The position numbers and the translations under genes are program-made. Below the pieces are notes generated by a model. That model saw only the letters and a program-made list of their open reading frames with translations, searched no databases and was not told the DNA's origin. Positions 1 through 12,949 of a stretch of DNA of 64,000 bases are shown here, piece by piece (within the stretch, counting starts at the first letter, position 1; every line of letters starts with the position of its first letter). The stretch comes from Octopus sinensis (lineage: Eukaryota), in assembly GCF_006345805.1 (NCBI RefSeq), contig NC_042997.1, positions 127,844,001 through 127,908,000 of the forward strand, written 5' to 3'.

Positions 1-1101
1 TGACTGAACCTCCTGTATTTTCTTTTACCCAAAGTCAGGTACTTTTCAGCACCCCCTCGTAATGTTGTTTAGTCTATGTCTACTCTGACTGAATAGACTA
101 ATGAGCAAAGGTATTTTATCCGGCCATGACCATTCCGCTTTTACCTCGAACATTATCTGTCTTGGTCTACACTCTCTTTTCAATGTAGTAGGGTGTAATT
201 TGAAAGTAAATCAGCTATTTCTAGCAGGATACGTAGAGACTCCCTCGTGGCTCATTCGATAGCGAAGTGTTCGTTTCTGAAATAAAGCTGGTTAAATGAC
301 TCGATACTTTTTTCACCTGATCCAAGAGATGGAAAAATATGTTCTACAGAATGATTTGAACCCAGAACAGTTACATTCCGTAGAATATCCAGTTATCGTT
401 TGTTATTAAGAACTCATTCGAATGATCCATAAACAAAAACGTTCCCGACGTGACCACCTCATCTTTTCGTAGACCAGGCCATCCAGTATGTTTTCTTGCT
501 TTTCGTTTTTCTTTGAGTGAATGTCGTGGTTTGAAGGAGATTTGAGATATAGCTGTTATTTCTTCCAAGACGTGGGCTGATATAACTTGTGCTATTTTTA
601 AGGAATGAAATTGTGACGATTTTATACAGAAAAGGAGATGGTGGATGGAGAGAGGAAAAGAGAAATGATCGAAGATCAGACGGGGGATTGTAATGTTTAT
701 ACAATTATCGCCAGTATTAGCCATGTCACGGAACAGAAATGTCAAACATAAGAAGACAAAAGGGATGAAACCGTGTTACAAAACAGCCAACACTTACTGC
801 AATGATTCCACGAAGAACTAATTGTGAAACACTTAGACTTTCGCCTAGAACAAACTTGTGAGGCTTCAGCTTCAGATACGAACTACATGGAATGATATTC
901 CAAGAGGATGCCACAGAGAAACACATTACCTTACTCCAAAGTCTACTTGTAAAGATCGATACGTCATTTAAAAATAACTATTTCAATCAAACAGATTTCC
1001 TGTGAGTACCATCTCTGCCGGAGAGAAGCTAATAACAGCCAAATCAAAGTCAGGCTGCAATCACGACAGACCGTGTCATTATTGATATTACGGGAAACGT
1101 C

Positions 1102-1203
1102 AAGATGGCGTGGAGTGTCAGTAACAAACCAGAAGATGCACTCCAGAACATCTACCGACACTGCAGAATATTAACAAGCACTATAGAATATCATTCATAT
1201 ATA

Positions 1204-1288
<85 letters not shown>

Positions 1289-1393
1289 TATATATAATGT
1301 GTAGATATATATATATATGTGTATATATATATGTATATATATATGTATATATATACATATATATATATCACATATATATATATATACATATAT

Positions 1394-1450
<57 letters not shown>

Positions 1451-1459
1451 GTATATATA

Positions 1460-1512
<53 letters not shown>

Positions 1513-1598
1513 TGTATTCTATAGTGCTTGTTATTCTGCAGTGTCGGTAGATATTCTGGATGATCTTCTGGTTTGTTACTGACACTCCACGCCATCTT
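1102..1598. repeat. Long imperfect fold-back: ~97-bp unique inverted arms plus mirrored microsatellite core
   Basis: 1102-1200 AAGATGGCGTGGAGTGTCAGTAACAAACCAGAAGAT... is the reverse complement of ~1506-1598, with a few small indels; the interior (TA)n(GT)n...(AC)n(TA)n is also mirrored. Confidence 0.9.
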
Positions 1599-1646
1599 TT
1601 ATATGTATATATACATATATGTATAGGTATGTATATATATTATGAG

Positions 1647-1678
<32 letters not shown>

Positions 1679-1818
1679 TGTTGTATATCTATATGTGTAT
1701 ATCTATGTGTATATATATATGTGTATATATTATATGTATATATATATATGTATATGTATATATTATATGTATATATATATATATGTGATATATTATGTGT
1801 ATATATATATATGTATAT

Positions 1819-1861
<43 letters not shown>

Positions 1862-2289
1862 GGTAATATATATATATATATATATCTATGTATGTGTGTA
1901 TATATTGTGTGTAGATATATATGTATGCGATATGTGTATATATATATATTATATATTATATTATATATATATTATATATATATAATATATCGGCGTGGCT
2001 GTGTGCTTCGTTTCACTATCACATGGGTTCAATTTCACTGCGTGTTACTTTGGGCGAGCGTCTTCTGCTATAATTTCGACTTCACCAATATCTTGTGAGC
2101 GGAATAAAGCTGCCTGTGGGATTCTTTCCAATCCAAAATGGTTTTTCAACCCAACATTTACATGCTATTATTCATTGTTTTATATGAGCCTCTAAATCTG
2201 CTATTCTAAAAAGGAATTATTTCATGTTCTCTCGACAGTTTATAACATTCTTATGACGTCAACAATATATATGTATCTGTGTATGTACT

Positions 2290-3016
2290 CCATCCAGCAA
2301 CGAATTTCGGACTCGTGCCGATATCCACAACTTCCAGCGATGTGTTAGGTTGTATGCGCTATTCCGTGACACGCCACCTGCATCTAATGAGGAGGACTGC
2401 TTCACCGACCTGGGCCGAGACGCCAGTCCCTGGCCAGTTCCAAGCAGTCGATCTTTTTGCGGCTGACTGCCAGCGCGCTGTGGACCAGTTTGACTTTTCC
2501 AGGCGTCTCCAGCCGAACTCTCGGCACTTCGATATCTCCGACACCGCAAAGACATCATCATAAAACTGGCCGACAAGGGTGGAGACGTGGTGGTGTGGCG
2601 CGCGGACCTCTACAAGGCCGAAGCCTTCCGCCAAATTTAAGACACTTCCTCCTACTGCCCTCCAGCCCCACGTCCAACTACTAACAGACGGTGTCCTCCA
2701 CTATCCATGACTTCATCTCCTCCTCTCGTCTCCCCACCGCCCCCAACCTCATTATCAGCACCCCTCGGAACCTCCACAATTTATCAATTTACCTCCCCTA
2801 AAAAATCCACAAACCTAACAACCCCGGCCGCCCCATTGTCTCCGCCTGCAACTGCCCCATCGAACTCATCTCCAGATATATTGACCGTGTCCCCGCTCCC
2901 TGGTGGCTTCCCTCCCCTTTCACATCCATGAGACCAACCATGCTCTTCGTTTGTTCAACTCTTCCTCCTTCCCTCCTGGCCCCTCTAAACTTCTCTTCAC
3001 TCTTGAGCCTATACAC
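2290..3016 (+). mobile_element. Penelope-like element (PLE) reverse transcriptase N-terminal fragment, frameshifted
   Basis: Translated pieces NEFRTRADIHNFQR, ELSALRYLRHRKDIIIKLADKGGDVVVWRADLY, (LP)KIHKPNNPGRPIVSACNCPIELISRY and SLPFHIHETNHAL...LLFTL match hallmark PLE RT motifs (IIIKPADKG, PKIHK..PGRPIVS). Confidence 0.85.
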
Positions 3017-3715
3017 AGACACATATCTATACAACTCTCCTCCCCTCTTCATTTAACTTCTCTCCTCTCTCCTCTCTTCCTCTCACACCTATATCCTCCC
3101 TTCACTCCCACCCACCTCTCCTCTCTTGCTCTGACACCTACTTCCTCTCTTCACTCCTACCCAACTTCTCCATTCGAGCCTCTCCCTTCATCATCACTCC
3201 TCCATCTTTACCCCACCCCTACACATTCCCACCCCGCCATAGCTATACATCCCATCCCATTCCCACCCAATCCCATACATTCCACACTCACATAATCCGA
3301 CAAAATCAAAAACAATGTACATGCGCGAAATTAAAAATATAAAATGGCGACAATTTACCCATCGCACCCTCTATACATATTTGTGTGTTCGTGTTACAGT
3401 GTTATGATATGTGTTTTTTTTTACAATCCATAACTTAGCGATCAACAAATAGCTTTTGACTGAAATAAGGTCTTGAATCGATATGATCGAAAAATACGTA
3501 GAGACGGTAACTCCAGCATGGCCGCAAGTATGATGACTGAAAGCTGTAAAAGAATACTTAAGTCTGTCATGACCCCTAGGTTTCATAAGGCCAGAGTTTA
3601 ACTCCGTTTCCATAGTATATAAGTGACCGAGATCACAACACTTCCCCCTGGACGAGACGCCAGTCTGTTGCGGAGTTTAACTCCCCCGCTATTGCTGAAA
3701 CTCATTTGAACTGAG

Positions 3716-4225
3716 TCTCTTTTATCTCTTACTTGCTTCGGTCGTTAGACTGCGATCATGCTGGGGCACCGCCTTGAAAAGTTTTTAGCTGAATGAATCG
3801 ACCCTAGTACTGATTATTTTTTTTTGTTTTTGTTTTTCTTTTGTTTTTTGTTTTTGTTTGTTTTTTTTTAGGGGGGAGGCTCGTACTTATTTTATCGGTT
3901 TCTTTTACTGAGCCGCTAAGTTGTAGGAATATAAACACCAACTGTCAAGCGGTAGTGCGGAACACACACGGACGCACACACATAATACATACATACATAC
4001 ATACATACATACATACATACATACATACATACATACATACATACATACATACATACATACATACATACATACGACGGGCTCCTTTCAGTTTCTGTCTTCC
4101 AAATCCACTTACAAGGCTTTGATCGCCCGAGGCTACAGCAGAAGAGACTTGCCCAAGGTGCCATGCAGAGGAATGAGCCTGGAAACATGTGGTTGGTAAG
4201 CAACCTTCATACCACTCAGCCACGC
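3716..4225 (-). mobile_element. SINE family A (tRNA-like head, internal microsatellite, CR1-like tail), diverged copy
   Basis: Matches the other family A copies (e.g. 15706-16148) in reverse; internal (TACA)n at ~3985-4070. Confidence 0.85.
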
Positions 4226-4239
4226 TTTCACCTATATGT

Positions 4240-4341
4240 TAAATGAAGCGCTTTGCTCAAAAATGCAACGCGCCACCTGGTCCCCGGTTCAAAACCACAG
4301 CTTTACATTCATGAGTGCGAAACCCTGTCCACTAAGTCACT
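4240..4341 (-). mobile_element. SINE family B 5' head (tRNA-derived)
   Basis: Reverse complement has A-box/B-box-like TGACTTAGTGG...GTGGTTTTGAACC followed by GCGTTGCATTTTTGAGCAAAGCGCTTCATTT, similar to 37917-38245 and 24122-24362. Confidence 0.7.
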
Positions 4342-4377
4342 AAAGGTAATAGCATAAAATACTAAATGGCTATATAT

Positions 4378-4780
4378 TCTTTTATTCTTTTATGTTTGTT
4401 TCAGTCATTTGACTGCGGCCATGCTGGAGCACCGCCTTTAGTCGAGCAAATCAACCCCAGGACTTATTCTTTGTAATCCCAGTACTTATTCTATGGGTCT
4501 CTCTTGCCGAACTGCTAAGTGACGGGGACGTAAACACACAGCACCGTCGGTTGCCAAGCGACGTTGGGGAGACAAACACAAACACACAAACATATACACA
4601 CACATACATATATACGGCGGGCTTCTTTCAGTTTCCGTCTAACAATTCCACTCACAAGGCTTTGGTCGGCCCGAGGGTATAGTAGAGGATACTTGCCCAA
4701 GGTGCCACGCAGTGGGACTGAACCCGGAACCATGTGGTCGGTAAGCAAGCTGCTTACCACACAGCCACTCCTGCGCCTAT
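4378..4780 (-). mobile_element. SINE family A, full length
   Basis: Reverse complement starts ATAGGCGCAGGAGTGGCTGTGTGGTAAG and ends GGCGGTGCTCCAGCATGGCCGCAGTCAAATGACTGAAAC...AAAAGAATAAAAGA. Confidence 0.92.
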
Positions 4781-5718
4781 ATATATTCCAGAAAACAATA
4801 CCAAACATCAAACCGTTTGTTCTTTGGTGATTAATCTGTATTTGTGAGACGAATATGGAGACAAAGATTATGGAGATAATCGATCACAGTATGGTTTTCA
4901 CAGGGCTGTGAAGTGGTTTGCATAAAAATCTAAATGAATGAGACGAAGAGATTAAAATCTTGTTCGTTTTCTGTGATATCCTTAAAAACGATTATTGAAA
5001 TTTTTGATCTGTTTATCTGTTTTATCAGTCAATCAACATTTGGTCTATTAATCTGTTGATCAATTTGATCTATTAATCAACGTTTCATCCCTCGCTAATC
5101 GATATTCTGCGCATGAGTTGGGTTTGAACTCGGAATCCGTTGAAGTACGTAGTTTCTAAATGCAACGACGTTCTCTCTTAGTTGGACTTTAAATGTAACG
5201 ATAGCAACTACAGCCATCGAGACTGATTATCATAGCATACGACCAGACATGTTATAGAGGGGGGAGGGGTATAGGAGGGTATTAATATCACTGTAATCCT
5301 GGCAGTAGTTTCATTTGATTGAACTCGGAGAGATGAAAAGGTGAAGTGGATCCCGTTGGGACGAGAACACAGAGTGTAGGGGATGTGGAAACTAAATCTT
5401 GTAAAGTGTTTTCTCCGTCGATTTACCGAATCCCACCACCACCACCACCACCACCACATCACCACCTACAACAACATTTCAGCAACATCATCATCATCAT
5501 CAACAACAGTAATAAGAACGATATCTTCTGCTGTTGAAACAGCAACAATTATCACAATTATTGCAAGCTCAACAGAAACTACTTCAACGATAAACAAGAA
5601 CAACTGCAGCAGCTAGAGAAAAACAACCACAAGATCCACGGCCGCAACGATGACAGCAACGACAAACAACACCACATACAACCTACCACCTCATGACAAT
5701 AGCTACTACTACTACTAT

Positions 5719-5978
5719 GGTGGCGCACTGGCCCAGTGATCAGGGCAGCGGACTAGCGGTCGTAGGATCGCGGTTTCGATTCCCAGACCGGGCGGTTTTT
5801 TTGTTGTTGTTTTTTTTTCTCTCTAGTTTCAGCTCAGAGCTGCGGCCATGCTAATGCACCGCCGTTTAAAAACCCTTAATCGATTTTCGGACCTTATTGG
5901 GTTCTCATCAGAGGCGTCTATATAATTCTGACAGTTGTGAGTTTTTACTGAGCGAACCTTGCTGTAGTCTTTCACCAC

Positions 5979-6046
<68 letters not shown>

Positions 6047-6236
6047 ACTCTTTTCTTCAACTGTTTCTGGTGTACATGTATTTCAAAGGGGCCAGCATTG
6101 TCAAACTCAGTGTCACGCTGAATCTCCCATCGAGAACTACGATAAGGGGTACACGTGTCTGGGGAGTGCTCAGCCACTTGCACGTTAATTTCATGAGCAG
6201 GCTGTTCCGTTGATCGTCGCAACCGACGGAGTGTCA
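5719..6236 (+). mobile_element. Composite SINE remnant: tRNA-like head (5719-5797), a piece of family A tail, (CT)n, and a SINE-like 3' body (6045-6236)
   Basis: GGTGGCGCACTGGCCCAGTG...GCGGTTTCGATTCCCAGACCGGGC head; the downstream body resembles a common octopus repeat from memory only. Confidence 0.55.
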
Positions 6237-6239
6237 TAA

Positions 6240-6985
6240 GATTACTACTACTACTACTACTCTACTACTACTACTACTACAACTACTACTACTACTACTA
6301 CTATTACTACTACTACAATTACAACCACCACTGCAATAACTAAACCAATTATTATTACTGCAAGAAGAAGAAGAAGAAGAAGAAGAAGAAAAGGAAGAAG
6401 AGAAGAAGAAGAAGAAGAAGAAAAGGAAGAAGAAGAGGAAGAAGAAGAAGAGGAAGAAGAAGAAGAAGAAAAGAAGAAGGAGAAGAAGAAGAAAAGGAAG
6501 AAGAAGAAGAGGAAGAAGAAGAAAAGGAAGAAGAAGAAAAGGAAGAGGAAAAAGAAGAAGAAGAAGAAGAAAAGGAAGAAGAAGAAGAAGAAGAAGAAGA
6601 AAAGGAAGAAGAAGAAGAAAAGGAAGAAGAAGAAGAAAAGGAAGAAGAAGAAGAAGAAGAAAAGGAAGAAGAAGAAGAAGAAGAAAAGGAAGAAGAAGAA
6701 GAAAAGGAAGAAGAAGAAAAGGAAGAAGAAGAAGAACAAAAGGAAGAAGAAGAAGAAGAAGAAGAAGAAGAAGAAACAGCAGCGGCTCCGAAAAGAAGCA
6801 ATACTGCTCCACGTAAATCCAAGTACAGTGAACAATACAAATACTGCAGCAAGAGCAACAACAACAACAACAACAGAAGCAGCAACAGCAACAACAGCAG
6901 CAGTAGCAGCGGCACGAGCAATAGCAGCAGCAAAAACAACACAGTCGAAGCAAGAGCAATAGCAGCAGCAGCAGCAGCGGCAATA
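6240..6985. repeat. Compound trinucleotide array (CTA)n / ~415-bp polypurine (GAA)n with AAAAG variants / (CAA,CAG)n
   Basis: Directly visible; source of the poly-L/F/S and poly-E/K ORFs. Confidence 0.97.
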
Positions 6986-7139
6986 TATGTAAAAGTGATT
7001 GTTTAACTGGAAGTCTTGATTGTAATGATTCTCTTTAAGTTGCCAGTGGAAATTGAATTGTCAAAAGGCTTTTTAGCCACCTTCGTTAATTTGACAGGCA
7101 AGAAATATGGATAGCAAACAACGTCCGTGTAGAAAGGAA

Positions 7140-7770
7140 AACGACGACGGTGGTGGTGGTGGTGGTAGTGGTGGTGGTGGTGGTCTTGGTGGTGGTGGTG
7201 GTGGTGGTGGTGTGGTGGTGGTGGTGGTGGTTTTGCTGGTGGTAGTGGTGGTGGAGGTGCTGGTGCTGGTGATGGACGTTGTGCGGCAGTGGTAGTCGTA
7301 GTGGCGATGGGTGGTGGTGGAAGGGTCGCAGTGATGGTGGTAATGGTGGTGGCAGTGACAGTGGTGGTGGTGGTGGTGGTGGTGGTGGTGGTGGCGGCGG
7401 CGGCGGCGGCGGCGGTGGTGGTGGTGGTGGTGGAGTGGGCTGGTGGTGGAGTGAGGATGCTGGCGTGGCGATGGACGTTGTGCGGCAGCGGTAGTCGTTG
7501 TGGCGATGGGTGGTGGTGGAAGGGTCTCAGTGGTGGTGGTAATGGCGGTGGCAGTGACAGTGGTGGTGGTGGTAGTGGTAGTAGTGGTGGTGGTGGTAGT
7601 AATGTTAGTGGTGATAGTTTTAGCGGTAGTGGTAGTGATTGTGATTGTTTCGGCTGCAGTGGTGGTGCAGGTGGTGGTTTTCATAGTAGTGGTAGTGATC
7701 GTGGTGGTATTGGTGGTGATGGTTGTAGTGGTAGTAATGGTGTTTGTGGTAGTGGGGGTAGTGTAGAAAT
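7140..7770. repeat. (GGT/GGC/AGT)n array containing a ~200-bp-period duplication
   Basis: GATGGACGTTGTGCGGCAG...GGAAGGGTC...GGCAGTGACAGTGGTGG occurs at ~7270 and ~7470. Confidence 0.9.
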
Positions 7771-8238
7771 GATGTGATATGGCGTCCAGTGATCATATGT
7801 TAGTGCAGCAGTATTTCAGTGTACTTTCTAGAGAAACGATACAGTAGAACCGGGGTGGTGTTCCGGGGTAGTTTTGTAGTGGTGAGGTGGTAGTAGTACT
7901 TTCATCGAGTGATGCTCTGATAAGTTGAGTAATTATGTTGTGGTGTTGGACGCCGTCGTCGTGATCGTCATGACTGTCGTCTACGCCATCGCTGTGGTGG
8001 TCGTGGACGGAGTGGTGTAAGAGTGATGGTAGGTTGTGCAAGAGGAAATTATCATAAGACTATAATTATTGATTATTTCTGGCATAGCTGTCTCTGACAG
8101 TGCAGTCAGATGATGTACATCAATGTGTGTGTATGTGTGTGTGTGTGTGCGTGTGTGTGTGTGTATGCATGAGCATGTGGTGTGTAACTGAGTACGTAGA
8201 ACACGTGTTACGCATGCTTGTGTGAGTGCATATATTAC

Positions 8239-8317
<79 letters not shown>

Positions 8318-8354
8318 TTGCATATATATATATATATACATACATACATATTCG

Positions 8355-8401
<47 letters not shown>

Positions 8402-8454
8402 ATATGTAGTTGTGTGAACTTACATATACGTGTATATATCATACATAAACGGAA

Positions 8455-8654
8455 GGTGGAGGCGCGTGTCTTAGTGGTTAGGATGGTTATACTCATGACC
8501 ATAAGTTTGTGGTTTCGATTCTTGGAACGGGCAGTGCGCTGTGTTCTTGAGCAAGACACTTTCATCTCACGTTGCTCCCATCCACTCGGGGTAGCAAAAC
8601 TGAGTAAACCTTCGGCGGAACGGCCTATGATTCAGGAAGGTCCTTCGACCCCTT

Positions 8655-8655
<1 letters not shown>
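8455..8655 (+). mobile_element. SINE family B 5' portion
   Basis: GGAGGCGCGTGTCTTAGTGGTTAGG...GTGGTTTCGATTC...TGTGTTCTTGAGCAAGACACTTTCATCTCACGTTGCTCC. Confidence 0.8.
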
Positions 8656-8691
<36 letters not shown>

Positions 8692-8694
8692 ATG

Positions 8695-8892
8695 GATATG
8701 TTTGTATTCTGTGTTTTCCCCCCAACATCGCTTGACAACTGATGCTGGTGTGTTTACGGCCCCGTAACTTAACAGTTCGACAAAAGAGACCGATAGAATA
8801 AGTACTAGGCTTACAAAGAATAAGTCCTGGGGGCGATTTGTTCGACTAAAAGGCGGTGTCAAATGACTGAAACACTAAAAGAATGAAAGAAT
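8695..8892 (+). mobile_element. SINE family A 3' half
   Basis: CATCGCTTGACAACTGATGCTGGTGTGTTTACG...GACCGATAGAATAAGTACTAGGCTTAC...AAATGACTGAAAC. Confidence 0.85.
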
Positions 8893-9152
8893 AAATATCT
8901 GTACATACATATGTATGTATATACACTCACATATTTTTCTCTCCCTCTTTCTCATATATATATGAGAACCGGAACCATGTGGTTGGTAAGCAAGCTACTT
9001 ACCACACAGCCACTCCTGAGAAACGGAGTATATCTTTATCATCTGTGAATTTCGAACGTAGCTTCTGCTGTAACGCGTATAAAAGTGATGACCTATACAC
9101 TAAGCTTTGATAAAATTTGCCGACTAGACTGAAGCTAGCTAAAATTACTCAC

Positions 9153-9220
9153 ACCAGCTGCTTGTCGACGAAGATCTCAATTCAATATCACCAATGTATG
9201 GTATGATATATTTCAAATAT
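9153..9220 (-). CDS. Candidate 68-nt internal coding exon (YLKYIIPYIGDIELRSSSTSSW), unidentified gene
   Basis: Minus strand: acceptor cttgtttccgcttctgtattag, donor gtgagtaa, only one open frame (phase 2 to 1), unique sequence. No homology recognised. Confidence 0.3.
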
Positions 9221-9476
9221 CTAATACAGAAGCGGAAACAAGTCATTACGTTGTCTCCGGCAAGAAATATATATGTGTGTACGTGCGTGTGTGAGACAGA
9301 AAGAGAGAGAAATAAACTGAAGAATCAAGTTTTTTACCAATGTTTACAATATTTTTGAGAACAGGGTAGGCTTTTTTGTCAGGAGACAAGATGACAGTCG
9401 CTGATAGATATTTCTGGCTCAATTGCCATCATTAACACGACTTTTTCTCCAGTAACCAAGGAACACACACACACAC

Positions 9477-9535
<59 letters not shown>

Positions 9536-9964
9536 TAAATTGATTAAATTGATATTACTGCTTTAAAGTTAGTTTAAGAATAAAAAACGGGGCAGATTCT
9601 AATCGCTTGATTTTTGTGAATACTGAAAGTATATTGAAATTAACTATAAAGTTCTATTCAACAAAACCATTATGTGCGTGTTTGTACACACAAACGCGCG
9701 CGCACACACACATACACACACACATATGACGGAGTAATTATAATCCAGGCTTTCATCTCCTCAGCACTGCATGTAGGAACCTGATTAGCATAGCAATAAT
9801 TCTATATCAGATTATTGCATATATTGCATACATTGTATGCATTTCATAACTTAATATGTGGTATGGAAAAAAAACTGGTCGTTTACTGAAACGATCGTAA
9901 CATGAACTTGAATTTCTCTTTTCCTCATCTAAATTATGAATATATATATATTAGCTTTAAAAAT

Positions 9965-10430
<466 letters not shown>

Positions 10431-11146
10431 ACTTGTGCCAATATAATGTGTGTATGTATACATATGCGTGTAGTTGGGTGTGTATGCGTATGAATCTGTT
10501 TATCTATATACTTTTATCTTTCCTCGAAATCAACCCAAGCATGGACCATTGATTAATGCTACTAAAACTCTGTATCTAGGTGTATATTTAAGACACCAAA
10601 TAAAAGATAGCAATAAAGTAATTAATAAAAAGAGATTTAAATGAAATACATTGAGATGGTAATAAAAGAACTGCTTAAAGAACTGTCGGTAATAAAATAC
10701 AGTAAATGAGATTACAATAAAAGGATTAATAAAATGAAATAAATTGAGACGGTAATAAAGAACCGATAGAAATATTAAAATGAAGGAAACTGCCACCGTT
10801 TGGTCAGATATTTATTTATCATGAATCTAAAGAAACTAATGTTATACTCCGCAGTAAAACTATGGGGTGTGAGTTTATTTCACAATTTAGCTGTTCTGGG
10901 CAAAATGTTTCAAGTATGGGACTTCTAATATCTCCGCGAGATATAGAGAAAACAATGATTCGTGATTCGTTAAGTTTTCAAAAAGCTGAGCTTTGAAAGC
11001 AAATTCACGGGCTGTCGAAACGAGGGAATGAAATTCGTCTGAACAGCTTCCTTAGAAATAACACCAGAAAAGAGCTGTCGACTTTCGTCGATGATACGGC
11101 GGATTTTGTGACGATTTTGTGACTATGCGTTCGATCCTGTACAGCG

Positions 11147-11363
11147 TTATTTCTTTACTACCCACAAGGAGCTAAACACAGAGGACAAACAAGGACAGAC
11201 AATTACATCGACCCCAGTGTGTAACTGGTACTTATTTAATCGACCCCGAAAGGATGAAAGGCAAAGTCGACCTCGGCGGAATTTGAACTCAGAACGTAGC
11301 AGCAGACGAAATACCGCAAAGCATTTCGCCTGACGTGCTAACGTTTCTGCCAGTTCGCCGCCT
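11147..11363 (-). mobile_element. SINE family C (tRNA-derived), full length
   Basis: Reverse complement AGGCGGCGAACTGGCAGAAACGTTAGCACG...GTTCTGAGTTCAAATTCCGCCGAGGTCGACTTTGCC...GTGGGTAGTAAAGAAATAA; second copy at 12122-12348. Confidence 0.88.
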
Positions 11364-11409
11364 TTCTCATAGTGATACTAGAGAGCTTTAAGTATTAATT
11401 TTATTCTAT

Positions 11410-11693
11410 ATCTTTTAACTTTTACTTGCTTCAGTCGTCAGACTGCGGCCATGCTGGGGCACCACCTTGAAGAAATTTTGAATCGAATGAATCGAGTCCA
11501 GTACTTACATTTCTTTTAAGGCCTGGTAATTGTTTTATCAGACCTTTTCGGCGAACCGCAGGATAACTGGGACATAAACACACCAATACCGGTTGATAGA
11601 CAGGCACGCACACATACGTATTGATACAAACACACATACACACAAACACACACACAAACATATACATGCACATACATATGTATATATACATAT

Positions 11694-11728
<35 letters not shown>

Positions 11729-11832
11729 TAGATAGATAGATAGATAGATAGATGCAAAGTAAGATAGGGGTTATGGATGTAACCCACTATGGAATATCAA
11801 TTACCCAATACATATATGTATATATATGTATG

Positions 11833-11867
<35 letters not shown>

Positions 11868-12042
11868 ACACAATCGACGGGGCTTCTTTTAGTTTCCGTC
11901 TACCAGATCTACTCACAAGGCATTGGTCGGCCCGAGGAGATAGTAGAAGTCACTTACCCAAGGCGCTACGCAGCGGGACTGAACTCGGAATCGAATCACG
12001 TGGCTGGGAAGTAAACTCCTTACCACACAGCCTCGCCCGTGC
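11410..12042 (-). mobile_element. SINE family A with long internal (GATA)n/(TG)n expansion
   Basis: Tail at 11410-11600 and head at 11870-12042, separated by microsatellite. Confidence 0.7.
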
Positions 12043-12121
12043 TTTCTAGGAATAGACTCAACCCTAGAAGCTCCTTCTCGGGTCGAGTCTATTCAAAAAA
12101 GGCGACTCCTTCAGAGCAGAT

Positions 12122-12348
12122 TTTTTTTATTGCCCACAAGGGGCTAAACACAGAGGGGACAAACAAGGACAGACAAACGGATTAAGTCGATTATATCCAC
12201 CCCAGTGCGTAACTGTTACTTAATTTATCGACCCCGAAAGGATGAAAGGCAAAGTCGACCTAGGCAGAATTTGAACTCAGAACTCAGCGGCGGACGAAAT
12301 AACACAAAGCATTTCGCCCGGCTTGCTAACGTTTCTGCCATCTCGCCG
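12122..12348 (-). mobile_element. SINE family C, full length
   Basis: Highly similar to 11147-11363. Confidence 0.88.
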
Positions 12349-12839
12349 TTTTCCTTCAGAGCAGACTTACCTATCAAAATATGGGAAGTCAGGAATTTCG
12401 CCTTAATGATCGGAAGATATTAGGTCTTGTACTGTTCATTTAGTGCATCAAAACTTTTGTTTCTCCATTAAACGATGCATTAGATTATTGAAATGATATG
12501 CTCTTTGGTGCAAGTATGAGGGTCTTTCAGGTGAGACCGCAGAGTTTACCATTCATAAATATGTCAATAGAAGGTCTTACTATTTTCTCAGTTAAATCAA
12601 CGACAAACCGCAGAAAAAGCGATTATGCCTGTGTATGTATCTATGTTTATCTGTATGTGCTTATGTTATGTATAGTATGTATATAAAAATTACAAGATAT
12701 ATATCATTCCCTTAAATTCAAATTTGCCTCAGTAACAACACTTTTAATTAATTAGTCAAACAATGTTGACTTCTAAGACAACGTTCTCCCGCCGTAATAG
12801 AAATGAACGACAGTTTGCAATGATACGAGAAAATCTAAC

Positions 12840-12949
12840 CGAGAAATTGTGAGACACCGTTATAACAAGATGGTGGTTGAACGTGAGAATATGTGGATGA
12901 GCAAACTGCTATCCCTAACAGCATAAGAGAACACGTGATCGATACATTA
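12840..12949 (-). CDS. Candidate 110-nt coding exon (NVSITCSLMLLGIAVCSSTYSHVQPPSCYNGVSQFL), unidentified gene
   Basis: Strong acceptor tttgattcttgtcattttcag, donor gttaga, only one open frame (phase 2 to 1); a hydrophobic stretch resembles a signal peptide. Confidence 0.3.

Noticed and set aside
868-990. Possible plus-strand exon (YELHGMIFQEDATEKHITLLQSLL…) ending at a gtgagt donor
   Set aside because: No supporting neighbouring exons or homology, and it lies next to a rearranged fold-back region.
6234-6983. 195-249 aa ORFs across the GAA tract (poly-L/F/S; poly-E/K on +)
   Set aside because: Pure simple-repeat sequence with no splice context or complexity.
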